From NCBI RefSeq assembly GCF_036321535.1, contig NC_087436.1:107820001-107884000 (forward strand): a stretch of DNA of 64,000 bases. The letters run 5' to 3'. The notes beneath the pieces were generated by a model, which saw only the letters and a program-made list of their open reading frames with translations, had not been told where the DNA came from and searched no databases. Positions 50,608 to 63,870 of the stretch are shown here, piece by piece. Source of the stretch: Camelus dromedarius (Eukaryota). Within the stretch, counting starts at the first letter, position 1; each line of letters opens with the position of its first letter. Made by a program: the position numbers and the translations under genes.

Positions 50608-50819
50608 CTTTAAGTTCAATGAATCGTCTGTTTCTATCTTAAAAATATAGTTTATCATTTAATCTTTCAAATACGTATAATCAAAATACATCTTCTTTAA
50701 TAGACTATTTCTCAAAAACAATGATAATGACCTACTTTTCTTTTCCTCTCCAGTACTTAAACTCTTGCCTGGTACACAGTATAGTTTGCTGAGTGAATAT
50801 CTTAGATTGGCATCATTTT

Positions 50820-50965
50820 TTATTCCTTTTAAACAGATGAGAAAACTGAGGTTTAGAGAAGTCGAACGATTTCCTCTATATCAAGAACTAGGAAGTGACT
50901 AAAGCAGAACTAGGACCAGAATCTTCCACCTCTAAATATCTAAAGACCATGCATTCATTACCACT
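50820..50965 (-). mobile_element. MIR
   Basis: 'acagatgagaaaactgaggtttagagaagt'. Confidence 0.8.
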
Positions 50966-52304
50966 TCAATTGTACATACTGATTGTCAATAACACACACT
51001 CAGTTTTAAAGTGGGGAACTCTTGAAGGGGTCAGGAGAAATATGTTTCAGGAGAATGAGAAAGGAATTCCATATTTTGAGGCAATGATCTGCATGCAACA
51101 CAACAGAATTCCTCAAAGGGAAAATGGTCAATTTGGATTAGAATGGCATTGCATTAAAACGAGTCATTCTTGTCTGTCTTCCATATTTCATTTAAGCTTA
51201 GACTAGACTTGTTGATTTAGGTCAGCTGGCTGCACCGTAGATTACTTTAACTAGTACATGATATTTCTAAGCAAATCTTAGGATAAACTGAAATAGGATT
51301 TTGTTTGCAATGTCTTTTGTGCTCTTCTGATAAATCAGACCATTCAGTTAGCATTCGTTTAAATTAACCTCCATGATTTTGTTATATTTCTATCAGGTTC
51401 AGTTTGAAAACATTCCCTAGTTCCTTCAATCAATTTAATTTTCAAAAATTAACTTGAAGATAAAGGTTATGGATGCATAGAGTAACATGGATCTCAAGCC
51501 AAGCTTATGAGCTCACATCTTACCTAAACAATCTAGAGAATCTTAAACATTGTCACTCTTTAATATTGAGTTAAAATTAAAAGTCTGGTGGTGAATTTTC
51601 CCTACTTTTGACAAAACATCAATGTTCCTAGTTTCGCTGGGGTTTATTCTGTGTGCTTAGAACATATTTCCTGACTTTTTAGATGCTTTGTTTCTCCCAC
51701 AATTAGAATAACTAAGTACCCAGTTGTCATGGAAATACTTCCTTCTATAAAAATTCTTAAAACAGAAGCTTTTTTGATTTGTCTCTCTTTGCAGAGAAGG
51801 CAATTACTACTGCTACCTTTATCCTCCTTTCTTTGTGCTTCTTTTTATATCTCCCAGGACCTTCCAATTCATATTGTTATGTAGCGCTTTTGTGATGCTT
51901 GATCTCTGGAAAATGCCTCTTCATTCAAGAGAAGCAGTGATAATATTCAGATGGTGTTCCAAGCTTTTAGTAGTTGACAGTAATCATTGAAAAGGTGCAG
52001 ATACGTAGCTGAAGCATTGTTAGGCTGGCTGCTTTTAGCTTAATCCAATCTCAGAATATTCTAGTAGTTACTTGGAAATAGACAGTTGTGCTCGCGGAGG
52101 AAAATGACGGCGCTTCTGCAGCTGACACCCCTGGGCTGGAAACGCGTCCCACTCATCTCAGTGAGGGGGTTTCGCCCTGTGCTGCTTGGTAGGTCAGTTA
52201 ATGTATCGCCAGTGCGTTTATCAGGGTAAGCACGTAATAATTCCTGCTTCTATGAAAGGAAACACTAACTGACATTGCATCTTTTTTCTGGGGGCTGAAG
52301 TAGG

Positions 52305-52877
52305 TGGTGCCAAAATGTTGGCCTCTGTGCACTGGTTCAAACTGAGTCTCAGAGACAGAGTTTTGAGTGAAGTAGAAAGGAAACAGCTTTCCTGCTTCGT
52401 CAGACAAAGGGGACCACAGTAGGCTAGAGCCTTTAAAACAGTGTGTCCACCAGGGTTGGGGTACGGGGAAGTTTTATGGGAAGGGTCTGGGGTGCGGAGC
52501 AGGTGTAAGGATCAGGGTGTGTGGGTCTTAGAGTCTTCCTGTTGCCAAGTCCCACTCAGATACAATTGTGTCTGGCATTGTGCTAATCTCGTGACAGGTC
52601 TGTGGGTTTCCCGAGCTCAGATGGTTATTAGAATATGACCTTCCTCCTAGAACAAAGGAGGCTGGGGGTGGGGGGTAGTGAGAATGAGTGTAATGGGAAG
52701 GTTAGGGGCTGTTTAGCACAAAAGCAGTTGAGCAAGTTAAACAGAGATGGGGGTTTGTCAGGAAAAAAAAAAAACAAACAAAAAAACAAGTTGCAAGAAT
52801 TCCAAGTCAGAGTGAATCAGCAAACAGCTTTAGGATCAGGGAAACCATTTCGGAACAGAAGCTAGTTTATTGCTTCA
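52305..52877 (-). mobile_element. ERV1-class solo LTR (laurasiatherian type)
   Basis: TG...CA ends and a 4-bp TSD-like 'tagg'/'cagg'. 'tctcagagacagagttttgagtgaagtagaaaggaaacagcttt...caaaggggaccacag' is a recalled LTR motif. Confidence 0.75.
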
Positions 52878-53049
52878 CAGGTGAGATGATCTTTGAGAAA
52901 TGGTAGTTTAGTGATAAAAGCATGGAAATACAGCCTATTGATTTTCCTCTATCATTTATTTAAACACACACACATACGGCATCTACAACATGTGGGCACT
53001 GTGCTTGGTGCTGAGAGTTCGATGGTGACATCACAGTGTGAGGCACAGC

Positions 53050-53265
53050 CCAGCACTGGTTACAGGTACAAGATTTGAAGCCAGACGGTCTGGGTTCAGA
53101 TCTAAATGTTTTTGTTCTGTGGCTCTGTGGCCTCAGTCTACAATTTCCTCACTTGTAAAATTAAAATTGCACCTACTTTGTAGGGTTGCTTTTGGCGTTG
53201 AATGAATTCATATTGTAATTACTTCAGAGCAGTACTGGGAGCATGATAAGCACTCTGTGTTTGTA
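53050..53265 (+). mobile_element. MIR
   Basis: 'gaagccagacggtctgggttc...tttcctcacttgtaaaatt...cctactttgtagggttg'. Confidence 0.8.
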
Positions 53266-55338
53266 AAATATAAATAAGACAAAATGTTGAACAAGAGAGA
53301 CGAAGTTTCTACACTCATGAACTAGTTAATTACTTTGTCAATAATTCTTTGTTGGTTGGTATCACTACCCCAGGCACAGTGTAAGCAGCAAATAAAACAT
53401 GTTCCCAGGGCAGTTTTTGATCAAATAAATAAGAGAAGAACAAGGGAATAATTGAATGGGAGAGAGAGTTAACTAATGTTGAGATGCTCTCCAGTTAAAC
53501 TCTCACAAAATTTCCCCTTGAACTTACCAGTGCCCTTGAAGGGAGGGTGACAGAAGTAGTTTATAATAAATGCACAGAAATATATGTATGAATCACTGGG
53601 CTGACTTGGCAGAGACAGATACCCCTCGCTCAATGTAATGGATGTCTTCCTAAAGAGGTGTAGATACACTGCGGGTCTTTAAATCAAATTATGTTTCAAA
53701 TACTCCAGGATAGCGTGTCTAAAGGTACCTATGGTGAATCCTTTATAAGGGGACTATCCATTAACTAATTCATTTAGCTTTTATATTTTAACTTTTGCAT
53801 TGGATTTTTAAGTCACATTTTATGTACTAGTTTTTCCTGAAATGTAGATTAAATTTAAAATAATTGCATTTGTTCAAATTTTCTGAGAGCAGGTACTCAG
53901 ATAAGTTTATATTATCAATATGAGCACTTGGCATATAAATGCATTCAAAGGTGAACTGTTAAAATGAGTAAATGAATGCAGTAAGTGTCATCTAAAAATA
54001 TGAAATGTGAAATTTTAGGTTGGGTTATTAAGCAGTAAATTTCTCTTCAAATTAACAATGCCAAAATATTTTATTAAATGTTGTAGAAAGACTCAGAAAT
54101 AGAAAATATTTTAAGAACTGATCACACGCAAATGCATCATCTTGAAATGATGTGAAGAGATGAATCTAGATGGGAAAGGTTCACGATTCACAGCTGTCCC
54201 TGATTTTATTCCCTTCCCTGGGACTATAGTTTCCATCATTTCACAGCACTACTTGGTTATTCAATATCCTAGAGTTATTGCATGAGTGTAGAATATGGCT
54301 CCAGATTCCCTTCATGTTGAAGCAAGATCCTAGGAAAAGACTTATGTCCTCATGGAAAGGGAGACCAGGAGCCCTGCAGATAGTCGGGACCTTGAGAGAC
54401 ACTCTGGCGTTGAGTGTAGTTTTCAATCCAACAGAATATTCAGTTCTACTTGGTATTTTTCAGTTTCGTAATTCAGCTCTCTTGAGATTCACATGGCAAT
54501 TTAAACCTTCTCCAAGATTATTGGAACCCTTTTTTCTTACCACTACCTGTCCCCTAGCTCTTGCCATATTTGAGGTCTATAGAAGAGCTCACTCTTACTT
54601 CTCAGGAAAAAAAGTAGAAGCCTTCATTTAGAAATCCCCTCAAACGCCTGCTACCAAGACTCAGTGCATGGACACCCTTCAGGTTCTCATTCTTCCTGCT
54701 ACAATTGTGGTGTCTTTCTGAGGACAAATCTCTATAACTGGGTTACGGATTTTATCTTGATCTCGATTATTCCTTCTCTTTTATGTATCTTTAACTTCTT
54801 CTTCTCTACTGGTTTCTTCTCATCAACAGTTAAAGTGATTAAATCTCACCCACGGAAAAAAAGGCAAAGTTTTCTGGGCTCCATGTCTATTTCAGCTGCA
54901 ACTCCTTTGTTCATTGCCAACATAGCCAAGATTCTTTGAATAGTTATATATTCTGTCTTTACTTTCTCTCCATCTTCTCCTCTTGAAGGCAAATATTTTA
55001 CCCAGCTGCTCTATTAAAATATTCTTTCCAAGGACACTGGTGATGTCCTTGTCACAAATCCAGTGGAAAAATTTTCAGTTTCTACCTTGTTTGATATCCT
55101 TGCAGCATGTGACATCATTGACCTCTTCTGAGCACTTCTGTTCTTTTTCTCCTTTCTCTTAAAATCTCCTTAGTTGTTGATATTTCTCTGCTTTTGCCCT
55201 TGGCCCTTATTCATTAACGGTAAATATTGACTCTCTCCTGTGTGCCAGGCACTGTCTAGAACCTGCTTCACTTCTTACTCTGTACCCCATCCTTGCTAAT
55301 GCCAGCCATTGCCATGACTTAAATCATCAGCTATATCC

Positions 55339-55448
55339 AGTGTTGGTAGAGTTAACAAATAAATATATGACATACTGAAAAACTGATTTGTTGCTTACCT
55401 GAAATCCAAATTTAATTGGATGTCATGTGTTTTATTTGGCAACACTAA
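55339..55448. mobile_element. MER53-like hAT MITE (internally deleted)
   Basis: 'ttgttgcttacctgaaatccaaatttaattggatgtcatgtgttttatttggcaacacta'. Confidence 0.7.
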
Positions 55449-55454
55449 CTACAT

Positions 55455-55660
55455 CAGATGTCAAACTCAAATGCCTTCAGGAGCCAGTTAGCTAAGAAAA
55501 TGTGTGGAAAAGTAACAGTGGGGATTAGGGTCAACTGAAGAGCGTATGTCCCATCAGAAGACCTTCAAATTCAACTTCTTTCCTGCCATTGCATTTGCCA
55601 TTGGCAAATACATCAGTTGAAGGGCCACAGGCAATCCAAGGTTACACATTTGAAACGTCT
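55455..55660 (+). mobile_element. MamRep38-like hAT remnant
   Basis: 'caaactcaaatgccttcaggagccag...gtggggattagggtcaactgaagagcgtatgtcccatc'. Confidence 0.5.
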
Positions 55661-57334
55661 AAAGTCTATATGCTGCTAATTCCTTCCAGTTCTGTGTATA
55701 CAACTATTTCCTAGATATCGCCACTTGGATGTTCTCCTGGTAACCTAAAATGCACAAAATAAAGTTGCCATGCCATAGCCAGAGTTATCACACTGCAATG
55801 CAAATTGGATCATGCCACTTTCAAATTTAAATCTTTAACTGATTCTTCATTGCTTTCAAGATAAAATCAAAAAGTTTTATGTGTCCTCTGGTTACTCGTG
55901 TCATCTCTTGTCATTATCTTCCTCATCCCTGCTCCTTGGTGCTCAGACCCTTACCGAACCAACACCACTAGCCAGAACAAGCCGTTTTCTCTCTGGCTTC
56001 TGAGACTTTGCAGGCACTCTTCTCTCTACTTGGAGCCCTTTCCTCTGCTCGTGTCTGCACTACCTCTGTTGCCATGTGACTTGCTTGGACCAATGAGATT
56101 TGAGCAGGATGGACATATATAAATTCCAGAAAGAAGTGTTAAGGACAGTACATGTTTTGCCATGCCTGCTTTTCTCCACCTCTGTGGTCATAGAAGCATA
56201 TGTTTTCCTGGCTCCACGGCACACAGGACAGGTAAATGGTGCTTCTCTTGGTTAGTGCCCACACAGGAGCAGCCCCTATTTGAGTGTGCTGTGTCATAGA
56301 TGATTGTTACAAAATGTTGGTTGTAGGTCACAGATGTCACCTCAAACAACCAGAAAAAAGGGGGAAAAAAGCTTTCTACTTTTCAGTGCACTTAGAAAGT
56401 AATAGACTTTATGTATTTTTTCAGAGAGGAGACAGGTGGGTCAGCCTATGTGTTGGTAAAGAGATTTATTTTTGAGCCCAGTCTTTAGGAAAGATGATTT
56501 TCTATGTGAACCAAAAAAAGAGAAACTACGCACATTAGGAACCAAAGAAATGTTGATTTATTTGCTTTCCTGTGTTATTTTGAAGGAAAAGATGTTAGAG
56601 TAAAATGGGACACTTCATTAATGAAAAGGCATAGCTTGTAATAAACCAGACAAATTCTCATGACAAATACAAGAATTTCCTTATCACAGTTAAGTCCTTT
56701 GTATACAGTTTTACCTACAACATTTAATGTTATCAGTTAAGTTATAGTGCTTGACTCATTTATTATCAAGCATTCTTAAATATCCACAATGTGCAGAGAA
56801 ATATTTCATGAGGACCACATAGTAAGGCAATGCGGACTAAAGACTATTCTGCGATGTCCTTTAAAACCCTGATTCCCAATCCCAGCTGTTCACACACACA
56901 GATGCTCAGATGCTCAGCCCCACTTTAGACCTGCTAAAATCTTGGTGCTGGGAGCTACTGATTTAAAACTTTTATTCATAAGGGTGGATAATAAGCTTGG
57001 GGGCACTGTCATTTCAAGAAAAGATACAATTTAACTATTAAATAACTTTCATTGTCTTTGCATAGTGATGATCTGTGTCAGTTAAAAAATTAAAACAAAG
57101 TATAGTCATTCTGTCAATTGAGAAGAGAATTCAATTTTAGTAAAATTCCTGTCTGGGTTGAGGTGTAGAATAAGGAAATGAAACGCAATGAAGGGCTTAA
57201 TTTAGTCATCATGATGGAGAGTGAGATAGCAATGGGGAAAGAAATTATTTAACAAACCCCAAATTTAGTGACTCTTAAATGAGAATCTGTTGAATGCTAG
57301 GCCCTGGATGTGAGCCATAGGGGACCTCAAGTTG

Positions 57335-57552
57335 AGACAGTGTAGTTTGGCAGTAAACGGACCACATGGGAACCAGAGAGACATGGGTTCAAGTGTCAGT
57401 TCTGACTTGCAGGAGGTGCCTGACAGTGTTGAACTTAACCACTGTAGCATTGAGTGTTTGCATCTTTTTGCTGAATGAAATTTCTATCTCATCATACCGC
57501 TGTAAAAACCAAATGGTGCAAAGTACACAGCACAGGACCTGGCTCACTTACG
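57335..57552 (+). mobile_element. MIR
   Basis: tRNA-like head 'gacagtgtagtttggcagtaa...gagacatgggttcaagtgtcagttctg'. Confidence 0.65.
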
Positions 57553-57756
57553 AGCTCCAGTTTTATTTAGGATCCAATCCTGAAATAGTCTCATGAAGAA
57601 GATGTACATACAAATCAGAGATTTTAATGCAAAATGAGACACCATATTGTATCAGAATACATTGGAGCTGAAAGATGAGATGAGGAGCGTCCAGCTCTGT
57701 CACTCACAGGGCAATGCCATCAGATAGGGCACAGAAGGTCAGGTGCCCTTGAAATT

Positions 57757-58273
57757 TGCGGTAGGCAGGATCCTGGCCCTCCCAAAGGTGCCCGTGTCTT
57801 AATCCCAGTAACTTGTAAATATATTACTTTTTATAGCAAAGGAGAATTAAGGTTGCAGATGGAATTAAGGTCGTCAATTAGCTGACACTGAAATAGGGAA
57901 ATTATGCTGGATTACCTGGGTGGGCCCAGTGTGATCACAAGGATCCTTAAATGTGCAAGAAGGAGGGAGAAGAGTCAGTGTCAGGGTGATTCAATGTGAG
58001 ATTCAGCTGGGCATTCTTGGTTTTGAATGGACGGAGGCCACAAGCCAAGGAAAGCATGTGGTCTCTAGAAGCTTGAAAAGGCAAGAGAATAGATTCTTCC
58101 CTAGACCCTTCAGAAAGGATGGCAGCTTTGCTGACACATTGACTTTAGCTCAGTGAAACGCATTTCAGGCTTCTGACCCCCCCCCCCCCCCGAACTGTAA
58201 GATAATATATTTGTGTTGGTTTAAGCCATTAGTTTGTGGTAACTTTTTACAGCAGCAGTAGAAAACGAATGCA
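57757..58273 (+). mobile_element. MaLR solo LTR (MLT1D-like)
   Basis: 'tgcggtaggcagga...ggagaattaaggttgcagatggaattaagg...ctggattacctgggtgggccc...gaactgtaagataa...cagcagtagaaaacgaatgca'. Confidence 0.92.
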
Positions 58274-59014
58274 GAACTAAGTGAACAAGTGGTCAGGGTG
58301 GGCACTGGTCCTCACGACTTGGAGAAGACACATACAAGGGTGTGGGGTTGTGAGAGACTGTGGCTGGTGGGACCCATGTTACTTCCACAGGGCCAGTGGA
58401 TGAGTGTCAGGATGTGACTCCAAAGGGAAGGGAAGAGGACAGATTGTGGGAGGCCACAAACATCCCTCAGAGGAAAGTGGGCTTTATCCTGAAGGCACTA
58501 GGGGATCCTTGAAGGGCTTTCATGATGAATAAGATGATAATCCACAAGCGAGAGGAAACTATTGAGAGTGGAAAATTTTAAGTTGCCTCATTAAATGTAC
58601 CCAAAATAGATCATTATTTCTTTTTGAGGTGTGATCTGAACTATACACTTGTCATAGTTCCTAATTCCAAGTTTGGTCTCCTGCTGTTTTCTGGGGCGTG
58701 TATTCAAATGTTCATTATTCAATACTCTTGCTCCCTTTTTTACCCTCGATGGAGAAGGCATGATCCTAAGGTAGCAGATGCAGTGCAGTGGCATCGTGAT
58801 GCTGTCTGATTTCCTCCTTTGATGATCAGTTGTTCAGTTGTTGTATTTAGAAGTGGAGTCTTCAGGCTAACCTGCCCCCTGTATGATGCCAAAACGATCC
58901 AGCAAAGTCAGCACACGAGCTGACTGCGTCATCAGTTATCTTTTTATTAAAGTGAGACAGCTGTGCATTCTGGTGTAGAAGAAAGGACACCACCAGACAC
59001 AAATCTTTTTAGTT

Positions 59015-59480
59015 AAAACATTTTTACTGAGCAGTGATTTTGTGCTAGGTCCTCAGCCTGGAAATGGTTATCTACTGGTGGAAAAAAGGTCCTCCAGGAG
59101 ACTACTGTTGATTGTGTGTGTGTGTGTGTGTGTGTCTCTTGGGAAGTAGATATTAAACAGATAAATAGTCATAAAATATGGATTTAATGTTTGTGCTAAA
59201 CGCTGGAAAAGAAAGGAACTTACTTAGAGGGAGAGAAATGGGAGGATGGGATGTGTCCTTTATCCTGGGAAGTCAGGAACTTTCTGAGGAAGTGGTACTT
59301 GCAGTGAAACTTGAAGGATGGGAGGGGACAACTTCGAAGTAAGGTGCAGAACATTCCTGGCAGAGGGAATATTGTATGGAAGGTCCTGAGGGTGGAAAGA
59401 AGGCCGGTGAACTAGGATAAGTCAGGGACAAAGGAACAGGGAACAGACCTTGAGGAAGCGAGGGGGTCAAGTGCCATAGT
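59015..59480 (-). mobile_element. L2 fragment with internal (TG)n (59114-59135)
   Basis: 'gggaagtcaggaactttctgaggaagtggtacttgcagtgaaacttgaaggatg...cattcctggcagagggaa'. Confidence 0.75.
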
Positions 59481-62400
59481 CCCCTAGACTTGGCTGCACC
59501 TGGAGCTAACGGGGCAGTCGTGGTGAAGCTGCTCTGCACTTTTGCTGTTCCCTAAAAGGAATTGATTGAACTTGATGCCTTTCCTACCCTGCAAGAGAAT
59601 AAGATATCAATTCCGTTGTCACGTAAAGAATCAAGTGATGAAGGAAAAGCTATTTAGATTATTGAAAATGCCTTTGTTTTTTTTTAAAGCAAAAACTTAT
59701 CGAGGACTTAATTTATGCAGAGTGCCAGGGGGAGCGGGAGGAGAGAAATACATCAGCATCTGCTCTCTGGGCGAGGCTGTTACTTCTGTTCTGTCTCTCA
59801 TGCCTCTGTAGGCTGGTCGGTGGGAAGGATCCCCAAATACCACCACCCACAGACGACTTTTAAAGGAGCACTGAGGAGCTCTGTGCAGCTTCTGAATATC
59901 TCAAACCTACCCCAAGACCGGAGGATGCTACTTCTGACTTCTTACCCTGCCTCCCCAGAACCCAGATGCCATAGCTCTAGTGTGTCGCCCTGAGCTGGTG
60001 CTCAGCATCCCCTTCTCAGGTCACATCAGCAGAGCGGGGAAGGGGAAGGGTGGGAGGGACCAGTCAGCTCAGACGTCAAGCACTCGGCAAGTTTTTTGTG
60101 ATGTCTGCTGTTGGTAAATGATTGAAAATAACTAGATTTGGCTGGGGGTGAGTTCTGGAGAAAATCATGTGATTCTCTCCAACACCTAAACACGTCTTCA
60201 AAAAAGAGAATCTGGATAGTGGGCGGAGAGGCTGCCGACCAGAATGCCTAGAGAGTGTGTGTTCCTTGACATAAAGAGGGAGGATTTAGCTCAAAATGAT
60301 TCTGATGGAAGTGTCAGGATCTGAGGTTCGTCTTTGCCATTCCAGTTCCTGTTGCCCTGTTTTCCTCCCAGGCGGCACGTGGCAGGCGGGCGCACCTTCC
60401 TCAGCCTCTGTCGGCTAACTTTATTGGAAACAAAGTTTCAAATGGAACCTCTGTTCCTGCTATTCATTGTGAAATGACTGCCACATGTGGGGAAATTAAG
60501 AGTATCACTTCTGTAGCAGTGCTCTCCCTCTGTTCTCATCACCAGGCCCAAAAAAGCTCTTGCTAAATGGATATGAGGTGACATAAGGCGAGGTACGATT
60601 AGCCTCCGGGGCTAATGTCCAAACTCTTAGTTCCTAGTTGATTTTCTTGGCATTTACAGTTCTACTTACTGAACTATAAAATTTCTTACTACATTTTCTT
60701 AATTACAAATAACTATGCTTCCAGGGAGGAAAACAGTATTATGAGGGAAATTAAAAGTAAATATATTAGAGGTATCAGAGCAAATGAATGTAAATGAAGG
60801 CAACTCCTTTAATTATAATATTATATATGTACATATATCTGTAGTATGCACACATATATAAAACAATGGGATTGATTTGTTTTTAAGAAGAACCAGGAGT
60901 AAAACATTACAAAGGCTTCATGCTGCTATTTTGAAGTTCTAGGTTGACCTTGACATCTTGAATTTTATCACCCGATTGATAACTCTGTTAACCTTTTTTT
61001 TTTTTTTTTTTTTTTTTTTAGTGATATTTTCCTAGACTTTAAAGCTAGTTGTTACAACTCAGAGGCACTTATCCACAGTAAGTTCAGGACCTTCACGCAG
61101 AACCAGTAGAACCTCAGTGCAGAACTGAAGAAGGGAGAAAAGCTAGAGTGAAGCAAGTTTGTGTCTCAGGAAACAAAGCCATCGGTTCGGATCCCCAAAA
61201 CAGTGTTAGAAAAGCCACATAATCAGATCTAACGGGACATGGGCAGCTGGGCCTTGAGTTAGCTTTTGGCATGCTCCTGAGAGTTTTTAGGATGGATTGA
61301 TACAAAACACCAGGCAAGTAGTAAGATTTGGTAAATCATAGTGTGAGTGTTAATTGTTCTCTTTTTCCAAGGGTTCTGAGCCTGCTCCCCAAGAAATACT
61401 GATTTGCATTTAGCCCTAAGATAATCTGATCTTTTATACCTTTTGGTGATAGTTCAGGGGATTGTTGTCTTATCTGAGAGGTAAATGAATATATGGGAAG
61501 CACAGTGGAATTTGCAGCTAGCCTTTTTTTTTTTTTTTTTTTTGAGTGCATTGTAAGAGTCATTTGGTCTATTGGGATGAGGACGGGGCGTGACCTTCCC
61601 TGGTAGATAACACATTTTCACTATCATCTAATTTCAGAGAATGCTGAGAACATAATTGTGCTTCTGAAGACAAAATCTTTTCTTCTCTTGAGGAACAGGG
61701 ATCCGATTTTCCCACTGCTGATCATTTGGGTCAGGTGTGATCAAAACTTTTCTGATTGTCCATCAAGTTTCAATGTTGGAGACAAGAAGACAGTGAGGGC
61801 AGGGATATAAGGTATATTCTGGGCAGGAACCTGGAGGAAGGATTATAGAGGGAGCATCTGAGTTATGAGGGTCCTGGAAGGTGGTCTGAAAGTTGTGCTG
61901 CATAGGCTTGTATCAGAGGAATGAAGAGGACAGATGCTGGGAGCATCACTCTTGAGTTCAAGGGCAGATTCACCTTCTGAACTTCACCCAGGATCTTTGC
62001 CCTTCATCCACCTGGGCTTATGAGTGAGAATGTTTACCACATGCATCTAAACCAACTGGGCAGCCACCTCAGGAGAGGCAGTGGGCATCAATGGCTGCTA
62101 AAACAGGATAGTCTGAAGTGTCTACCAGTAAGACCAAAGGGAACCCTGAAACTTAGTGGTCAGGGTGTTGCGGAGGGTCACCTGCACGTACGGGTTGAAC
62201 TGAGCAGGCCTCAGCGGGGGCACTGGGGTTTGAACATCTCTGTTAATTTTTCTTTCTCCTCCCTCAGTAGCTTCAGGAGGTCAGAACTGAACACCCGCCT
62301 TCCCTGCTACATCCACAGGTGGTATGCAGATCAGCCTCAGTCATGCTCCAAGGGGGCTTCCAAAGCGTAGTGCGTTCACCCTGTGAAACCAGTGAGGTGT

Positions 62401-63529
62401 TTTTGACTGTGCACTGTGCCTTGAGGTGTAGCAGAAAGAATAACCCAGAACCAACAACAAACCATTCATCCTTTTACTCAACAGATTTTTTTGTTGAGTG
62501 TCTATTTTGTCCTTGGCACAGAATCTGGCATTAGATACTAATGTGATTCTCAGTCCTGCTGGAGACTATGGTTGTGTGTGTGTTCGGACATGGTCGCCAG
62601 ACGATTAAACACATGCAAATTGTGTACTTACAATTTATGATAAATCCTGGGTAAAAGAGGAACAAAGAGCTCTGAGAGAGAGAAAGGAGTGAGGCAAAAG
62701 GAAGGATGCATCTCTCTTAACTTTATTCTGGGCCATGAGGAACTGTGCGCCTGTTCCTGTTAGAAGGCTCACATCATGCTTTGGGCTCTCTTGTAATTTT
62801 GTACACTGCTGTTCATTATTGGAAAATGACCTTTAATCCCAAGCATGGTTTGTACTCATTTCCAACACTCTAAATCTTTGGCATTTGGGTTAGTTACCGA
62901 AAGCAATGATTATGTTTTACTTTTACCATCTGCTTAGTTATTGATCCATGATGACATGCCATTAGCTCAATTTCTATCAATTAAAAAAGTAATGTTCTCC
63001 TGCTCACCTAGCATCCCAAATTGTCTCATTAACACTACTCATCTGATGACACTTATTGTTAGGCCCCCTGGGCTTTTAATTCATTGGACAGATGGATCAT
63101 TCTAAGTTGTTTGAAGATCTAACGTATAAAAATATGCAGATTACTAGGGTCTTTTTCACACACCATCACATTTAAATCTCACTTCACTGTGGAGAAGACA
63201 TGCTCTTCCCATCTTATAGATGAGAAAACAGTAAACAAATTTAAACATCAACTGAAAGTTACACAAATACAACTGGCAAATGTAAAAACCCAGCTCATCC
63301 AACTCGAGTCACTGATGGTTTCCATGTTGGTCCAGTTTTTTCTGTTATTCCTGCAGGTGAGTTTTCAGGCCCAGCAGCCTCCTCCTTTCACACTTTGATT
63401 ATTCTTGCCCTGATGTATTTTATTGATGATCTTTAGACTTTTCCGTTTGGACTCATTTTTATTTATGCTCCTTAGCCAGTAGTTCCAGATTATCAACTGC
63501 CCAGAGGGGCTGGTGGCATTGGTAAGATA

Positions 63530-63870
63530 CTTCGTCTCCTGTTACCTCAGTCTTTTCTTCTGTAAAATGGGCATTTGGTAGTACCTTCTTCATATAACTA
63601 TTATATGAGATAGTTCATGGTACATATAATATATGTTTTTAAAAGTGTCTGCCACATAAGAAGTGTCCAGGGAGAGGGTATAGCTCAAGAGGTTAAGCGT
63701 ATGCTTAGCACGTACGAGGTCCACGGTTCCAACCCCAGTACCTCCATCGAAAAACTAACTAAATAAATAAACATAATTACCTCCCCCTGCAAAAAAAGAA
63801 AAAGAAAAGAATAGAAAAGGGTTTATCTTACTTAAAAAAAAGTGTACAGCAAATGCTAGTTTTTCATCTT
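63530..63870 (+). mobile_element. MIR interrupted by a SINE
   Basis: 'cctcagtcttttcttctgtaaaatggg...gtgtctgccacataagaagtgtccag' resumes 'caaatgctag'. Confidence 0.75.
63671..63836 (+). mobile_element. tRNA-Ala-derived SINE (Vic-1 type)
   Basis: 'ggagagggtatagctcaagaggttaagcgtatgcttagcacgtacgaggtccacggttccaaccccagtacctcc' plus tail. TSD 'aagaagtgtccag' (63658-63670) / 'aaaaagtgtacag' (63837-63849). Confidence 0.9.

Larger units (their letters stand above)
54690..56045 (+). mobile_element. L2 fragments interrupted by small hAT elements
   Basis: 'ttgatatccttgcagcatgtgacatcattgacc', 'cagccattgccatgacttaaatcatcagctat', 'tatcgccacttggatgttct'. Confidence 0.65.

Noticed and set aside
60994..61543. 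Poly-T tracts at ~60994-61019 and ~61524-61543 as retro-insertions
   Set aside because: No flanking TSD or attached element found. Treated as simple mononucleotide runs.
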